From an uncultured Planctomycetota bacterium (GTDB lineage: Bacteria > Planctomycetota > Planctomycetia > Isosphaerales > Isosphaeraceae): a stretch of DNA of 64,000 nt. Within the stretch, counting starts at the first letter, position 1. Every line of letters starts with the position of its first letter. The stretch lies in contig CAWJTV010000011.1 of NCBI GenBank assembly GCA_963845755.1, positions 256,001 to 320,000 of the forward strand, read 5' to 3'. The position numbers and the translations under genes were made by a program. The notes beneath the pieces are model-generated. The model searched no databases. It saw only the letters and a list, made by a program, of their open reading frames with translations, and was not told the origin of the DNA. Positions 11,946 through 22,812 of the stretch are shown here, piece by piece.

Positions 11946-12226
11946 AGCGCCTTACGGTTGGATTGCGCACAGAGACAGCCGATCTTCGGCCTGAAGGGCC
12001 GCAGGAGACGAGCCCCGGGTGAAACCCGGGGTCCGCGAAACGCCCCCCCATCTCCCGCGGCCTGAAGGGCCGCAGGAGACGCGCCCGGCACCCTTTCAGG
12101 GTGCAGACGAGGACGGGGCGCGACCGAGTCCCGGGGTTTCACCCCGGGCTGGGTTCCTGCGGCCCGTTGGGCCGCCGGAGACCGTTCCCGGCACGGGCTG
12201 CGTGCGCAACCCAACCGATTGGCGCT
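11946..12226. mobile_element. MITE-like cassette carrying REP-like palindromes
   Basis: 25-bp terminal inverted repeats (21/25 match; AGCGCCTTACGGTTGGATTGCGCAC), with CTAG on both flanks. Internal CGGCCTGAAGGGCCGCAGGAG units and CCCGGGTGAAACCCGGG hairpins. Confidence 0.7.
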
Positions 12227-12231
12227 CTAGT

Positions 12232-13194
12232 TCATCGCGTGACCGGGTGCGGCAAGGGCTCGCCGCGGAGGCCGGCGAGGAGATTGTTGACCGAGAGTTC
12301 GGCCATGCGACGGCGGGTCTCGACCGTCGCGCTGCCCAGATGAGGGGTGATGATGACGTGCGGCAGGGTCAGGAGCGGGTGATCGCGGGGCAAGGGTTCG
12401 GGCTCAGTCACGTCGAGGGCCGCGGCGGCGATGCGGTGGCGGGACAGGGCTTCCGTCAGAGCCTCGGTGTCGACGACCGGGCCGCGGGCGATGTTGATCA
12501 GGGTCGCGTCGGGCTTCATCAGGGCGAGCTCGCTCGTGCCGATGAGGCCGCGGGTCTGGTCGGTCAGGGGGACACAGAGCATCACGTAATCCGCCTGGGA
12601 CAACAGGTCGGCCTTGCCGGCGAACCGGACCGACGGGGCCAGGGCGCGCTCGACGTCCTCACGACGATGGCGGTTATGGTAGAGCACCGTCATGTCGAAA
12701 CCGATCGCGCGACGGGCGACCTTTTGGCCAATGTGGCCCATGCCGATGATCCCCAGGGTCTTGCCGTGCACCTCGCGACCCAGCATGTAGCCGGGGTCAT
12801 AGCGCACGAACTCGGCCGAGTGCGCGTATCGGTCTCCCGCGACGATCCGACGCGCCGAGGCCATCAGCAGGGCGAATCCCAGGTCGGCCGTCGCCCCCTC
12901 GAGCACGCCGGGAGTGTTCCCCACCAGGATGCCGCGCGCGGCGGCGTCTGCCAGGTTGATGTGGTCCACGCCCACCCCGTAGTTGCTGATCACCTTCAGA
13001 CCGGGGAGCCGGTCGAGCAGGGCGCCGTCGACGTGGACGTGACCGTAGGTGTAGATCCCCGCCACGGGCTCGTCGCTGCCCGATTCGGCCACCGTCCAGG
13101 GGAGGATCTCGACCTGGCCGTTCAGCAGGCCCTCGATGGTCGCATCCAGGGGGGTGTCCGCGACGACGCGGGGAAATTGTGTACTTGTGCTCAT
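12232..13194 (-). CDS. D-2-hydroxyacid dehydrogenase (glyoxylate reductase / D-glycerate dehydrogenase family)
   Basis: GVGVDHI, NTPGVL, GIIGMGHIG, INIARGPVVD, LDVTEPEP and TPHLGSAT motifs. Confidence 0.92.
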   Translation of the reverse strand: MSTSTQFPRVVADTPLDATIEGLLNGQVEILPWTVAESGSDEPVAGIYTYGHVHVDGALLDRLPGLKVISNYGVGVDHINLADAAARGILVGNTPGVLEGATADLGFALLMASARRIVAGDRYAHSAEFVRYDPGYMLGREVHGKTLGIIGMGHIGQKVARRAIGFDMTVLYHNRHRREDVERALAPSVRFAGKADLLSQADYVMLCVPLTDQTRGLIGTSELALMKPDATLINIARGPVVDTEALTEALSRHRIAAAALDVTEPEPLPRDHPLLTLPHVIITPHLGSATVETRRRMAELSVNNLLAGLRGEPLPHPVTR

Positions 13195-13239
13195 ATCATG
13201 GCCCTATACCCAAGGTGTCTTTCCCGTGTCGCTACGCCT

Positions 13240-13470
13240 TTACTCCTCGAGGTCTCTCAGGTGTTCATCATCGTCCGAGACGACGGTGATGAAGCCCTTG
13301 CCCAGACCAGGGGGTGGTCGCAAGCCGGGTTTCGGCTGTGACGGCGAGTTCACCAACTTGGCCACCGGCTGCTGGTTCTCGGTGATGATGACCTCTTCGC
13401 CCGGAGCCAACTGGTGGATCAACTCCTTCAACTTGGCCTGGGCCTCGTCGATCGTGATCGTCGTGGACAT
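13240..13470 (-). CDS. Phd/YefM-like antitoxin (orphan)
   Basis: ITIDEAQAKLKELI...GEEVIITENQQPVAKLV...PGLGKG, with a GAGGG RBS. Confidence 0.8.
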   Translation of the reverse strand: MSTTITIDEAQAKLKELIHQLAPGEEVIITENQQPVAKLVNSPSQPKPGLRPPPGLGKGFITVVSDDDEHLRDLEE

Positions 13471-13580
13471 CGGTGTTCCCTCTCTATCGAAGTCGTTCCA
13501 GGCAATCGAGAATCCCGTTATTTCTTGCTCTTCGTTCGAAGCAATCGAGAATCGGAGACCGTTGTAACCGCACCGGGTTA

Positions 13581-13685
13581 TCTCGTTCCCATGCTCTGCG
13601 TGGGAATGCCGTCCTGGCCGCTCTGCGGCCCCGGCGACGCGGAGCGTCGCACCCGGACGTTCCCACGCAGAGCATGGGAACGAGA
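13581..13685. repeat. REP/REPIN-like long inverted repeat
   Basis: TCTCGTTCCCATGCTCTGCGTGGGAA ... TTCCCACGCAGAGCATGGGAACGAGA, perfectly inverted arms. Confidence 0.8.
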
Positions 13686-13755
13686 ATTCCCCTGGCGTCC
13701 GGAAGAGACCCTCCCTCTTGAGCCCAGTTCCGTTGCGACAGTCTCGAGAATCGTG

Positions 13756-14953
13756 TTATTTCTTGTTCTTCGGCTCCTGACTCGGCGCGGCAGCCAGGCT
13801 GATCGGCAGCGGCTGCGAGCTGGTGGGGTAGCTCCGGCTGAGGAGGATGAGCTGGTCGTGGGTTTGCAGGGGGCCGGCCTCGTCGCCGATGGGGTTGAGC
13901 ATCATCTCGTCGCCGCGCTGGATGCCGATGAGCAAGCAAGAGCGGCGGTCGCTGCGGTACCGGAGGAACGCCTCGCTGAGCTCGGTGAAGTCGCGGCCGA
14001 TCAGGTCCTCTGGGGCCGGCACGAGGAAGACCTCGTTGGCATGGCGGCGGACGGTGAGCAGCTCCTGGTAGAACTCGGACATCCCGTGGAACAGGGCCGA
14101 CCGCGCCAGCAATCGCAATCCCAGGGACTCCGACGACACGACCTCGCTGGCGCCCGCCTTGAGCAGGTGGTGCCGGTTGCCGGGGTTGTGGCACTCGACG
14201 ACGATGTTGGGCTGATGCTCGCCGCGGCAGATCTGGCGGATCGCGATGCAGATCAGGACCGACTTGCCGTCGGCGTGCTTCCCCTCCCGCGCGTCGCTGA
14301 GGACGACGACCGAGTACGCCTTGGGCACGGTGGCCCGTTGGAGGATGACCTCGTTGGTCGGGTCCCCCTTGACGATGTACACGTCGTTGAAGGCGGGGTC
14401 GTCCTGCTTGTCGGGCAGGTCGATCTCGTCGGGATTGTCGTGGATGATCACGATCGGGCGGGGGTCGGCCATGATCTTGTTGTGGACCTCGCGGATCCAC
14501 TCCAGCCCGCGCGTTGAACCAGTTGCAGAGCACCAGGTGGTCGTCCATCTCGAAGTTCGACACGTCACGCCTCCGCAGGTAGCGTTCGACCAGGAGCGAG
14601 GCCACGCTCGCCGTGAACAGGCCGGCCAGCCCGACCCCGGCGACCAGCAAGAACATGGCGGTGGCCCGCCCGGTCGCGGTCTGGGGGGTGTAAGCATCGT
14701 CCAGGCCACTGAAGAGCATCGCCCAGACGCTCCAGAGCGATTCCAGGAAGCTGGAAAAGCCCGAGGTCGTCCGGTGCTCGGCGAAATAGAGGACCACCGC
14801 GCCGGTCAGCCAGGTGACGATCAATCCCAGGATCACCCGGCCGACCTGGTAACGGTTCCAGCTTGTCAGCATCGCCAGCAACGTCAGGCGCCAACTCTTC
14901 CGCTTGGCGGGGCTCCGGGCCGGGCGGCGAGGGCGACGTCGCGATCGAGGCAT
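13756..14953 (-). CDS. 2-TM ion channel with RCK/TrkA-N (NAD-binding) domain; frameshift near 14510
   Basis: TM-pore-TM (FLESLWSVWAMLFSG...PQTATGR...AGVGLAGLFTASVAS), then DHLVLCNW, VKGDPTNEVILQRA, ADGKSVL and AGASEVV. Confidence 0.8.
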
Positions 14954-15154
14954 CGAGCGGAAGACTCCCGAGAGCGCTTCTCTCCGTGAACGGGGCGATG
15001 TCGGAACGGGCTCTCGTCCCCCGGACAGGGTATCGCGAAAGTCGATCGGGAGACAAGCAAAACTTATGCCGAACGCTTGGTGCGGTTCCTCAGCGGTCAT
15101 CCTCCGGCGCCGAATCGCCGAGGATTGTCGCCCAATGTCCCTTCAGGTGGCTCT

Positions 15155-15358
15155 TCAGCCCAGGGTCGCGACGGCAGACAATGCGAAGCGGGCGGCCACT
15201 TCAAGGGCCTCGCCTTCTCCCTCAATGCGGTAGACCGAAAGTCCCTCTTCGCCCACGTCGAGTCTCAAGTCCCGCGACGCCTCCGCCACGTCTTCGGGGC
15301 GTCCCGCGTCCCGCTCGATGCTCCAACGGCGGAGGCGGCCCACTCTCAGGAGATACAC
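15155..15358 (-). CDS. Small hypothetical protein, possibly truncated
   Basis: GAGGAG RBS and a GTG start overlapping the upstream stop; contains EEGLSVYRI. Confidence 0.35.
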   Translation of the reverse strand: MYLLRVGRLRRWSIERDAGRPEDVAEASRDLRLDVGEEGLSVYRIEGEGEALEVAARFALSAVATLG

Positions 15359-15930
15359 GGCGTCTCCTCGACCGTGCTGGAGACTTCCAGCTCATCCTCG
15401 ATCGTCAGCCTGACCTCGTGATCCGATTCGTCGCGAAGCCGGCGAGTCAGCCAGACCTTCGCACGGATGCGGAGGAATCACGCGCAAGCGCGGGAGGCCG
15501 CTTCCCGCAGCTCCGGATCCTCATCAAAGAGATATTGCACCAGGATCAGCTCGATCCGAAGGTCTTGCGTCTCTTGTTGATCGCCAAGCCAGCCCAGGGC
15601 CCAGAGTAATGCCAGTGATTGACCACTTGTGGGCTCGGCCTGGAGCGTCTCCAGGATCGGACCCAAGCTCGCCATACCGAGATCGGCCAGCATCGAGGCC
15701 GCGCCGCGGAGGCGGTCGTCCTGCGGCTCCTCGCGAATCCTGGCGACCAACCACGCGATGCCCGCGAACCCCGACTCGTGCCAGAATCGGCGCGATTCCG
15801 CCTGAGCCTCGGCCGAGGCATCGGAACCTTTCCAGCGCCCCAATTTCTGATAGTGGTCCTCGGCCACCTCCGGCAGGATTGGCATCACCTCGACCATCGT
15901 GTTTCGGTTCTCCGCGTGCTCACCGCTCAT
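15346..15930 (-). CDS. HEAT-repeat-like hypothetical protein; frameshift near 15480
   Basis: GGAGG RBS before MSGEH. LFDEDPELREAA, and in the shifted frame WLTRRLRDESDHEVRLTIEDEL. Confidence 0.5.
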
Positions 15931-16205
15931 AACCGCCTCCTCCGGCCGAGCCGGCCGCAACCAAGGCGCCCGCTGCGCTTCTACTGAGTATATCAGAGAG
16001 CCTGAGCCTCGTCGTGATCCGATCGCTCCTCGGTCGCCTCGGATCGTATCCGCGCTTTCCCACGAGCCGTCCGCCTTCGAGAAACTTGAATCCCGATCCC
16101 GCATACCGTTATGATTCGATGGGCGACGTCTCAGGAGGTTCACCACACAACGCCCCGTGACAAGGCTCCCGCGTTGTTTGCTTTACGGCTGATCGGGAAA
16201 ACACA

Positions 16206-16488
16206 ATGGACCCCTTGCACTCGACGCCCCACGCCAGCCCGAACGACACCGATCCGCGCATCGAGGCGCTGCTGATCGAGGGGTATCGCCGGATGTCACC
16301 GGCTCAGAAGCTCGAACGCGTTCGCGCGCTCGACTCGCGCCGTGCAGGAGCTGGCGCTGATGGACATCCGGCGGAAGCACCCCGAGGCGGACGAGCGGGA
16401 GCAGGCGCTGCGCCTCGCATCGCGCTGGATCGAGCCGGACCTGATGCTCCGTGCGTTCGGGTGGGATGTCCGGAAGGTCGGGTACTGA
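16206..16488 (+). CDS. Small helical protein (putative antitoxin partner); frameshift near 16335
   Basis: DTDPRIEALLIEGYRRMSPAQKLERV, then AVQELALMDIRRKHPEADEREQALRLASRW...GY*. TGA overlaps the next ATG (TGATG). Confidence 0.65.
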
Positions 16489-17069
16489 TGCTTTCCGAGC
16501 CGCTGCTCGTGATCGCGAGGCTGGCGCGTGCGTTCGATGAGCTGGGGATCCGCTACCTGGTCGGAGGTTCGTTCGCCAGCTCGGTCTATGGGGTTCCCCG
16601 CGCCACGCAGGATGTCGACCTCGTCGCGGACATCGGACTGGGTCACGTCGAGGCGCTCATCAGTGCACTCGCGGACGAGTTCTATATCGATGCCGGCATG
16701 ATCCGAGATGGGATCCGAAGGCGGGCGTCGTTCAACGTCGTGCACCTCGCGACCATGTTCAAGGCTGATATTTTCATCGTTCGAGACGACCCCTGGTCGC
16801 ACGAGGAGATGTCGCGGGCCAGGATCGAGCCGTTTGACATGCCGGAAGGCCAAGCGAGCATTCGCTTCGCCAGCGCCGAGGACACTGTGCTGCACAAGCT
16901 GGTCTGGTACAGGCTCGGCAACGAAGTCTCGGATCGGCAGTGGGGCGATATTCTTGGAGTGCTCAAAGTGCAGGCCGATTCGCTGGATCGTGAGTACCTC
17001 GATCGCTGGGCGCGGGTACTCGACGTCCTGGACCTGCTGGATCGCGCAAGGCAGCCCGTATCGGCATAG
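16488..17069 (+). CDS. Nucleotidyltransferase-fold protein (AbiEii/MNT-like)
   Basis: YLVGGSFASSVYGVPRATQDVDLV, EDTVLHKL and DRQWGDI motifs. Confidence 0.78.
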   Translation: MLSEPLLVIARLARAFDELGIRYLVGGSFASSVYGVPRATQDVDLVADIGLGHVEALISALADEFYIDAGMIRDGIRRRASFNVVHLATMFKADIFIVRDDPWSHEEMSRARIEPFDMPEGQASIRFASAEDTVLHKLVWYRLGNEVSDRQWGDILGVLKVQADSLDREYLDRWARVLDVLDLLDRARQPVSA

Positions 17070-17342
17070 ATCGGAAAATCGCGCCGCCCGGCCTGAAGGT
17101 CAGAGCCGGCTGCGGCGCGGTCGCGCCTTTCGCCCCAGCCGCTGGCTGTCCGGCCAGGTGGCCCAATTCGCTCCGGTCAAAGTCACTCGCGACGCGACCG
17201 CTTCCTTCAATATCTGGAGGACGGCGTCGATTTCGTGTTGAGAAAAGGTTAAACTTTCGATTAATCTTCGGGGGAGGTAACGCGCATCCAGGTGGGCCGC
17301 GGGGAGTCGCGGTCGACCCGGTTTCGACCCACGAGCACAGCC

Positions 17343-19952
17343 ATGAGAAATCGGAGTCCCGGGGCAACGATCGTGGCGGTCATGACGGCCTGGCTCGTCG
17401 TGATGGGCTTACCCGCTCACGCTCGGCCGCCGCACAAGAAGGCGCTGGCCGATTATCTCGGCCCGGGCCTGGCGCGGAAGCTCAACGACTGCCGGACCTG
17501 CCACGTCGTGCCCGAGGAGGGTGCCGACGCCTCGGAGGAGGATCGGCCGCACAACGCGTTCGGCAAGCGGCTCAAGGCGGTCAGGACGCAGCTCAAGAAG
17601 GCCGGCAAGCCTTCGGGCATCCCGGCGCGGATCCAGGCGGTCGCGGGCGAGGATAGCGATGGCGACGGCGTGTCGAACCTCCTCGAGTTGGTCACCGGCC
17701 ACTTCCCCGGCGAGGCCGAGGATACGCCGGCCACCGCCGAGCTGGCCCGGGGCCGTGCGATCGTCGCGGCGCTCGAGCGGGCCCAGAGCGGGTATCCGTG
17801 GAACCCATTCGAGCGGGTCAGTCGTCCGGGCGTCCCCTCGGTCCGATCCCGAGACTGGGTGCGCAACCCGATCGATGCGTTCATCGCCGTTGAGCATGAA
17901 TCCCGCGGCCTGATCCCTCGACCCGAGGCGAGCCGGCCGGTGCTCCTGCGACGGTTGTATCTCGACCTGATCGGTCTGCCTCCCACACCCGATGATCTTC
18001 ATGCCTTCCTCGACGACAAATCTTCCGACGCCTATGAGAAAGTCGTGGAACGCCTGCTGGCCAGCCCGCGGTATGGCGAACGCTGGGGCCGGCACTGGAT
18101 GGACGTCTGGCGATACAGCGACTGGGCCGGCTGGGGCAAGCAGGTCCGCGACAGCCAGCCGCACATCTGGCACTGGCGCGACTGGATCGTCGAGTCGCTC
18201 AACGGCGACAAGCCCTATGATGACATGGTCGTGGAGATGCTGGCCGCCGATGAGGCGCGACCCGATGACCTGGACGCCCTCCGCGCCACCGGCTATCTCG
18301 CGCGGAACTTCAAGCTGCTCAGCCGCGAGAAGTGGATGCAGGACGTGGTCGACCACACCGGTCAGGCGTTCCTGGGCGTGACCATCGGTTGCGCGCGATG
18401 TCATGATCACATGTACGATCCAATCCTCCAGAAGGAATACTATCAGATCCGCGCGATCTTCGAGCCGCATCAGGTGCGGATCGACCGCGCTCCCGGCGTG
18501 CTCGACACCGCCCAGGACGGCATCCCGCGCGCCTACGATGCGCAGCTCGATGCCAGGACGCTCTTGTTCGTCCGCGGCGACGATCGCAACCCGACCGGCA
18601 AGCCGCTCTCGCCCGGCGTGCCCGAATCCCTGGGCGGCTCGTATGACGTCCAACCTGTCACGATGCCCCTGGCCGCCATCACCCCGGACCGTCGCAAGGA
18701 CGTGATCCAGACCCAGCTCGACGCGAGCCAGGAAGCACTGGCCCGGGCGATCGTCGCGCTCGAACAACTCACGCGAACCGCGAAGGACGCCGAGACGCTC
18801 GAGCCGGCCCGGCTCGACGTCGACCTGGCCCGGGCGCAACTCACCGCCCAGCGCGCGGTCGATCGGGCCGAGTCGCTGGTCGAGCAGGGGAAGAAGAGTT
18901 CAACGGAGTGGACGAAGGCCGCCATGGCGGCAGTCGCGGCCCAGCGCGATCTGGCGGTCGCCCAGGCGCATCGGGCGGTCGGCGCGGCGCGGCAGGCGCG
19001 GAAGCGGGCCAAACCGGATCAGCGGACGAAGACCGACACGGCTCTGAACGAGGCCCTCAAGGCCCTCGTCGGCGCCCAGGCGGAACTCAAGAAACCGGCC
19101 AGCACGAATTACACGGTTCCCCAGCGGACGACGTATCCCGCCACCAGCACGGGCCGGCGGCTGGCCTTCGCCCGCTGGATCGCCGATGAGTCGAACCCGT
19201 TGACGGCGCGGGTGGCCGTCAACCAGATCTGGGGCCGCCACTTCGAACGTGCGATCGTGCCGACGGTGAACGACTTCGGCCGCAACGGCCAGCGCCTTCC
19301 CATCCGGTGCTGCTCGACTGGCTGGCCGCCGAGTTGATGGACGGCGGCTGGAGCATGAAGGCCATCCATCGCTTAATCGTCACCAGTGCCACGTATCGCC
19401 AGGATTCGAAGCCCGATCCGGCCGACCTCGCGCGCGACCCGGACAATGTCTTCCTCTGGCGATGGACCCCGCGCCGCGCCGAGGCCGAAGTCGTCCGCGA
19501 CTGCGTCTTCGCCGTCGCCGGGGCCCTCGACTCGACCATGGGCGGCCCGGACATCGACCACCAGGCCGGCTTGACCGTCCCCCGGCGCAGCGTGTATTTC
19601 CAGCACGCCGCCGAGAAGCAGATGGAGTTCCTCCAGATCTTCGACGCCGCCGGGGTGACCGAGTGCTACCGCAGGAAGGAGAGCATCCTGCCCCAGCAGG
19701 CCCTGGCCCTGGCCAACAGCGAGCTTTCGCTGCGCATTGCGCGCCGGCTTGCGAAGGCACTCTCCGATGATGCCGGCTCCGACGCGTCCGGGTTCGTCAC
19801 GGCCGCGTTCGAACAGGTGCTCTCGCGCCCGCCGACGGATTCCGAACGCGCCGAGTGCCTGCGCTATCTCGGCCAGGACAATCGTCGCACGCCGACGCGA
19901 AAGCCTCGTCCATGTGCTGCTCAACCACCATGACTTCGTCACGATTCGATGA
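17343..19952 (+). CDS. DUF1549/DUF1553 (PSD1) planctomycete cytochrome c-type protein; frameshifts near 19295 and 19890
   Basis: CRTCH and CARCH heme motifs, NPIDAFI, LLRRLYLDLIGLPPT, YGERWGRHWMDV, NPLTARVAVN, LLDWLAAE, and terminal LLNHHDFVTIR. Confidence 0.9.
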
Positions 19953-19989
19953 CCAGTGAGGTTCGGGGACTCTGGCAGAACGTGGGGTT

Positions 19990-20105
19990 CGAATTCCGGA
20001 TTCCGGATTCGAATTGAGTTCGGATTCGAGATTCCGGATTCGAGATTCCGGATTCGAGATTTATCAAATCAACTATTTTTGAATATTGAATATTGAATCC
20101 AAGAT
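19990..20105. repeat. Heptamer tandem repeats (GATTCCG/GATTCGA, then AATATTG)
   Basis: Directly visible intergenic tandem array. A related array is at 54447-54524. Confidence 0.75.
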
Positions 20106-20152
20106 TCCCGAAGTGACGCGTAAGGCCCAGCAATCCTACGGAGGAAGATGCG

Positions 20153-21599
20153 ATGGGGACCCGAACACGTTGCCGGACACGCCGGTCCTTCCTGGCCGAT
20201 ACGGGCATGGGATTCACCGGGCTGGCGCTCGGCGCGATGCTGGCTCGGGACGGGATCGCGCGCGGCGAGACGGTTGCCGACCGCGCAGCTCATGCCGGAG
20301 GCGAAGGCCAAGGCGGTCATCTGGATCTTTCTCTGCGGCGGGGTCAGTCACGTCGAGAGCTTCGATCCCAAGCCCGAGCTCGATCGCTATGCGGGCAAGT
20401 CGATCGATACCACGCCGTACAAGGACGTGTTGAATCCATCGCGATTGAAGGACATCGTCTCGGGGAATCCGCAACACGGCGGCCGCAAGATCCTGATGGG
20501 GTTGAACACCGGCTTCCAGAGATATGGCGAGAGCGGCCTGGCCGTCGGCGATTGGTGGCGACACGTCGGCTCGTGTGCCGACGAGATCGCGGTCGTGCGC
20601 TCGCTCTGGACCTCGGACAACGACCACGGGGCGCAGCTCCAGTTCCACACGGGCCGGCACGTCCGGGAAGGCGCCCATCCGACGATCGGCTCGTGGATCT
20701 CCTATGGCCTGGGGACGCTGAACGAGGACCTGCCGGAATACGTCGTGCTCGGCGAGCCGACGGGCGATTGCTGCGGCGGCTCGTGGACTCATGGCGCGGC
20801 GTACCTGGGGCCGGAGCACGCCGGGGTCCGGCTCAACCCGGATGGCAAGGAGCCGCTGCCGTTCGTGACGCCGGGCGCGGGCCTGAGCGCCGAGGATCAG
20901 GTCGCCGAGTTCGGCCTGCTGGGCCGGCTCAATCGCCTGGCGGGCATCGACTACCCCGACGACCCGGCGCTGCGGGCGCGGATCAAGGCGTACGAGCTGG
21001 CCTTCGGCATGCAGACGGCCGTGCCCGAGACGCTGAAGCTAGGTGAGGAGGACGCGTCGACGCAGGCACTCTACGGCCTGGACCACGACGCGACCCGCTC
21101 CTTCGGGCGCCTCTGCCTGGCCGCGCGCCGAATGGTCGAGCGCGGGGTGCGGTTCGTCCAGCTCTTCCACGGCGGCGGCGGGGGCGGCGCCTGGGACGCG
21201 CACGCCGGAATCCGCGCCAACCACGGCCAGCTCTCGGCGCAGGTCGATTTACCGATCGCCGGCTTATTGAGGGACCTGAAGCGCCGCGGGATGCTCGATG
21301 AGACGATCGTCGTCTGGGGCACCGAGTTCGGCCGCTCGCCGGGCGCCCAGGCCGACGGCCGCGACCACCACCCGCAGGGCTTCTGCGCGTGGCTGGCCGG
21401 CGGCGGCATCAAGGGGGGCATCGTCCACGGCGCCACGGACGAGATCGGCTTCCATGCCGTCGAGGACCGGCATTATGTCACGGATATCCACGCCACGGTC
21501 CTGCATCAACTCGGCCTGGATCCCCGCAAGCTCGAGGTACCCGGCCGCAAGCGGCTCGAGATCGATTACGGCCAGCCGATTCGCGGAATCCTCGCTTGA
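20153..21599 (+). CDS. DUF1501 domain protein (Tat-like leader); frameshift near 20275
   Basis: RRSFLA leader, AKAVIWIFLCGGVSHVESFDPKP, ARRMVERGVRFVQ, WGTEFGRSP and GRDHHP. Confidence 0.92.
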
Positions 21600-21801
21600 T
21601 AGGTTCATCACGTATAGTTGGGGCAACCAGCAGGGTACGGAGTTCCTGGTCGAGGCGGTTCACGACGGACCCCTGGCCGGTTTCCTGCGGGGATTCTTCC
21701 CCTGATCGAACGGGTGGGCTCCATCAAGATCCCGAGCGGGAGTTCGGCCATCGGGAAATCCACGTCGTCGTGTCATCCGCATGAGCGTGAGGAAAGGCAG
21801 A

Positions 21802-22812
21802 TCAGCCTGTTATCGGGATCCGGCGGGGACTCGGGTGCGCCTTCCAGGTATCGAGGCTGCCTGAGTCGCCGTCATGGAGGACGTCGAACCGCATTGGCCG
21901 GCCGGTGCCTGGAGATCGACAGACGACCACGTACGAGTTGCCGGCAACTTGCCAGCGACCCTCGCGGACCACCAGCGCCGTGGCCTCGTCGATGGCCACT
22001 CCCGCCAGGTCAGGGTGATCGGCCAGGACGCCGAGGAGGCGGTTGATCCGGCTGCGTCGAAGCGCGTGCTGATCGACGATGACGTCGGGCAAGAAGCCGA
22101 ACCCCCTGCCAACAGTGGCCCTGTCCTGGCCGCCGGTGATCATCACGCGGGACATGAGCGCGGCGCCGGCCGACGTGCCGCCGATGACCCCGCCGCGATC
22201 GAGCACGCGGCGCAGGGCTCGCTCGACCTCGGTGTCGAGATAGACCTCCGTCACGCGCGACTGGTCCCCGCCGCTGAACCAGACCCCCGTGGCCTCGTCG
22301 AGAGCCCGGGCGAACGCCGGTTCGTCGGCCTTGGCCCGCGAGCGGGTGTGGAGCATGGTCACCGAAGCCACACCCTGCTTGATCCAGGGCTCCAGGAACT
22401 CGGCGCGCTCGGCAGCCGTCCCATCGGCGGAGCTGCTCGCCGTGGGGATCACCACGATCTTCGCCGGTCGCCCACCCGCGAGTTCGATGAACGTCCGCCG
22501 TACCTTGTCCGGGAGTCCTCCGCCACCGCAGATCACCAGGGCCCCTCGTTGCTGGGGAGTCTGGTGGGCCGGCGCCGCCACCCGCCTGGCCGCCTGGAGG
22601 CCCTCGCCGTCCTTCGCCAGAGCTCCATTGGATCCGGATGTCGTCAGGATCAACGCGATCAGACAGAGCCATGACCCAGGGCCGGTTAACGGATGTTGCG
22701 ACGGCCAAGCCCATCCGGCGAGGTCCTGCCGTACCGCCCTCGCCCCCGGGAACGTTCGATCGTCGATCACTGTCGGTCCTCCCTCGCGCCCGCAGCTTGT
22801 CCGGATCCTCAA
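21802..22812 (-). CDS. Cyanophycinase-like peptidase S51, probably exported (start uncertain)
   Basis: LVICGGG, VVIPTAS, WFSGGDQ, GGTSAGA nucleophile, DQH and IDEATAL. Hydrophobic leader LCLIALILT...ALA. Confidence 0.87.
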   Translation of the reverse strand: MRIRTSCGREGGPTVIDDRTFPGARAVRQDLAGWAWPSQHPLTGPGSWLCLIALILTTSGSNGALAKDGEGLQAARRVAAPAHQTPQQRGALVICGGGGLPDKVRRTFIELAGGRPAKIVVIPTASSSADGTAAERAEFLEPWIKQGVASVTMLHTRSRAKADEPAFARALDEATGVWFSGGDQSRVTEVYLDTEVERALRRVLDRGGVIGGTSAGAALMSRVMITGGQDRATVGRGFGFLPDVIVDQHALRRSRINRLLGVLADHPDLAGVAIDEATALVVREGRWQVAGNSYVVVCRSPGTGRPMRFDVLHDGDSGSLDTWKAHPSPRRIPITG

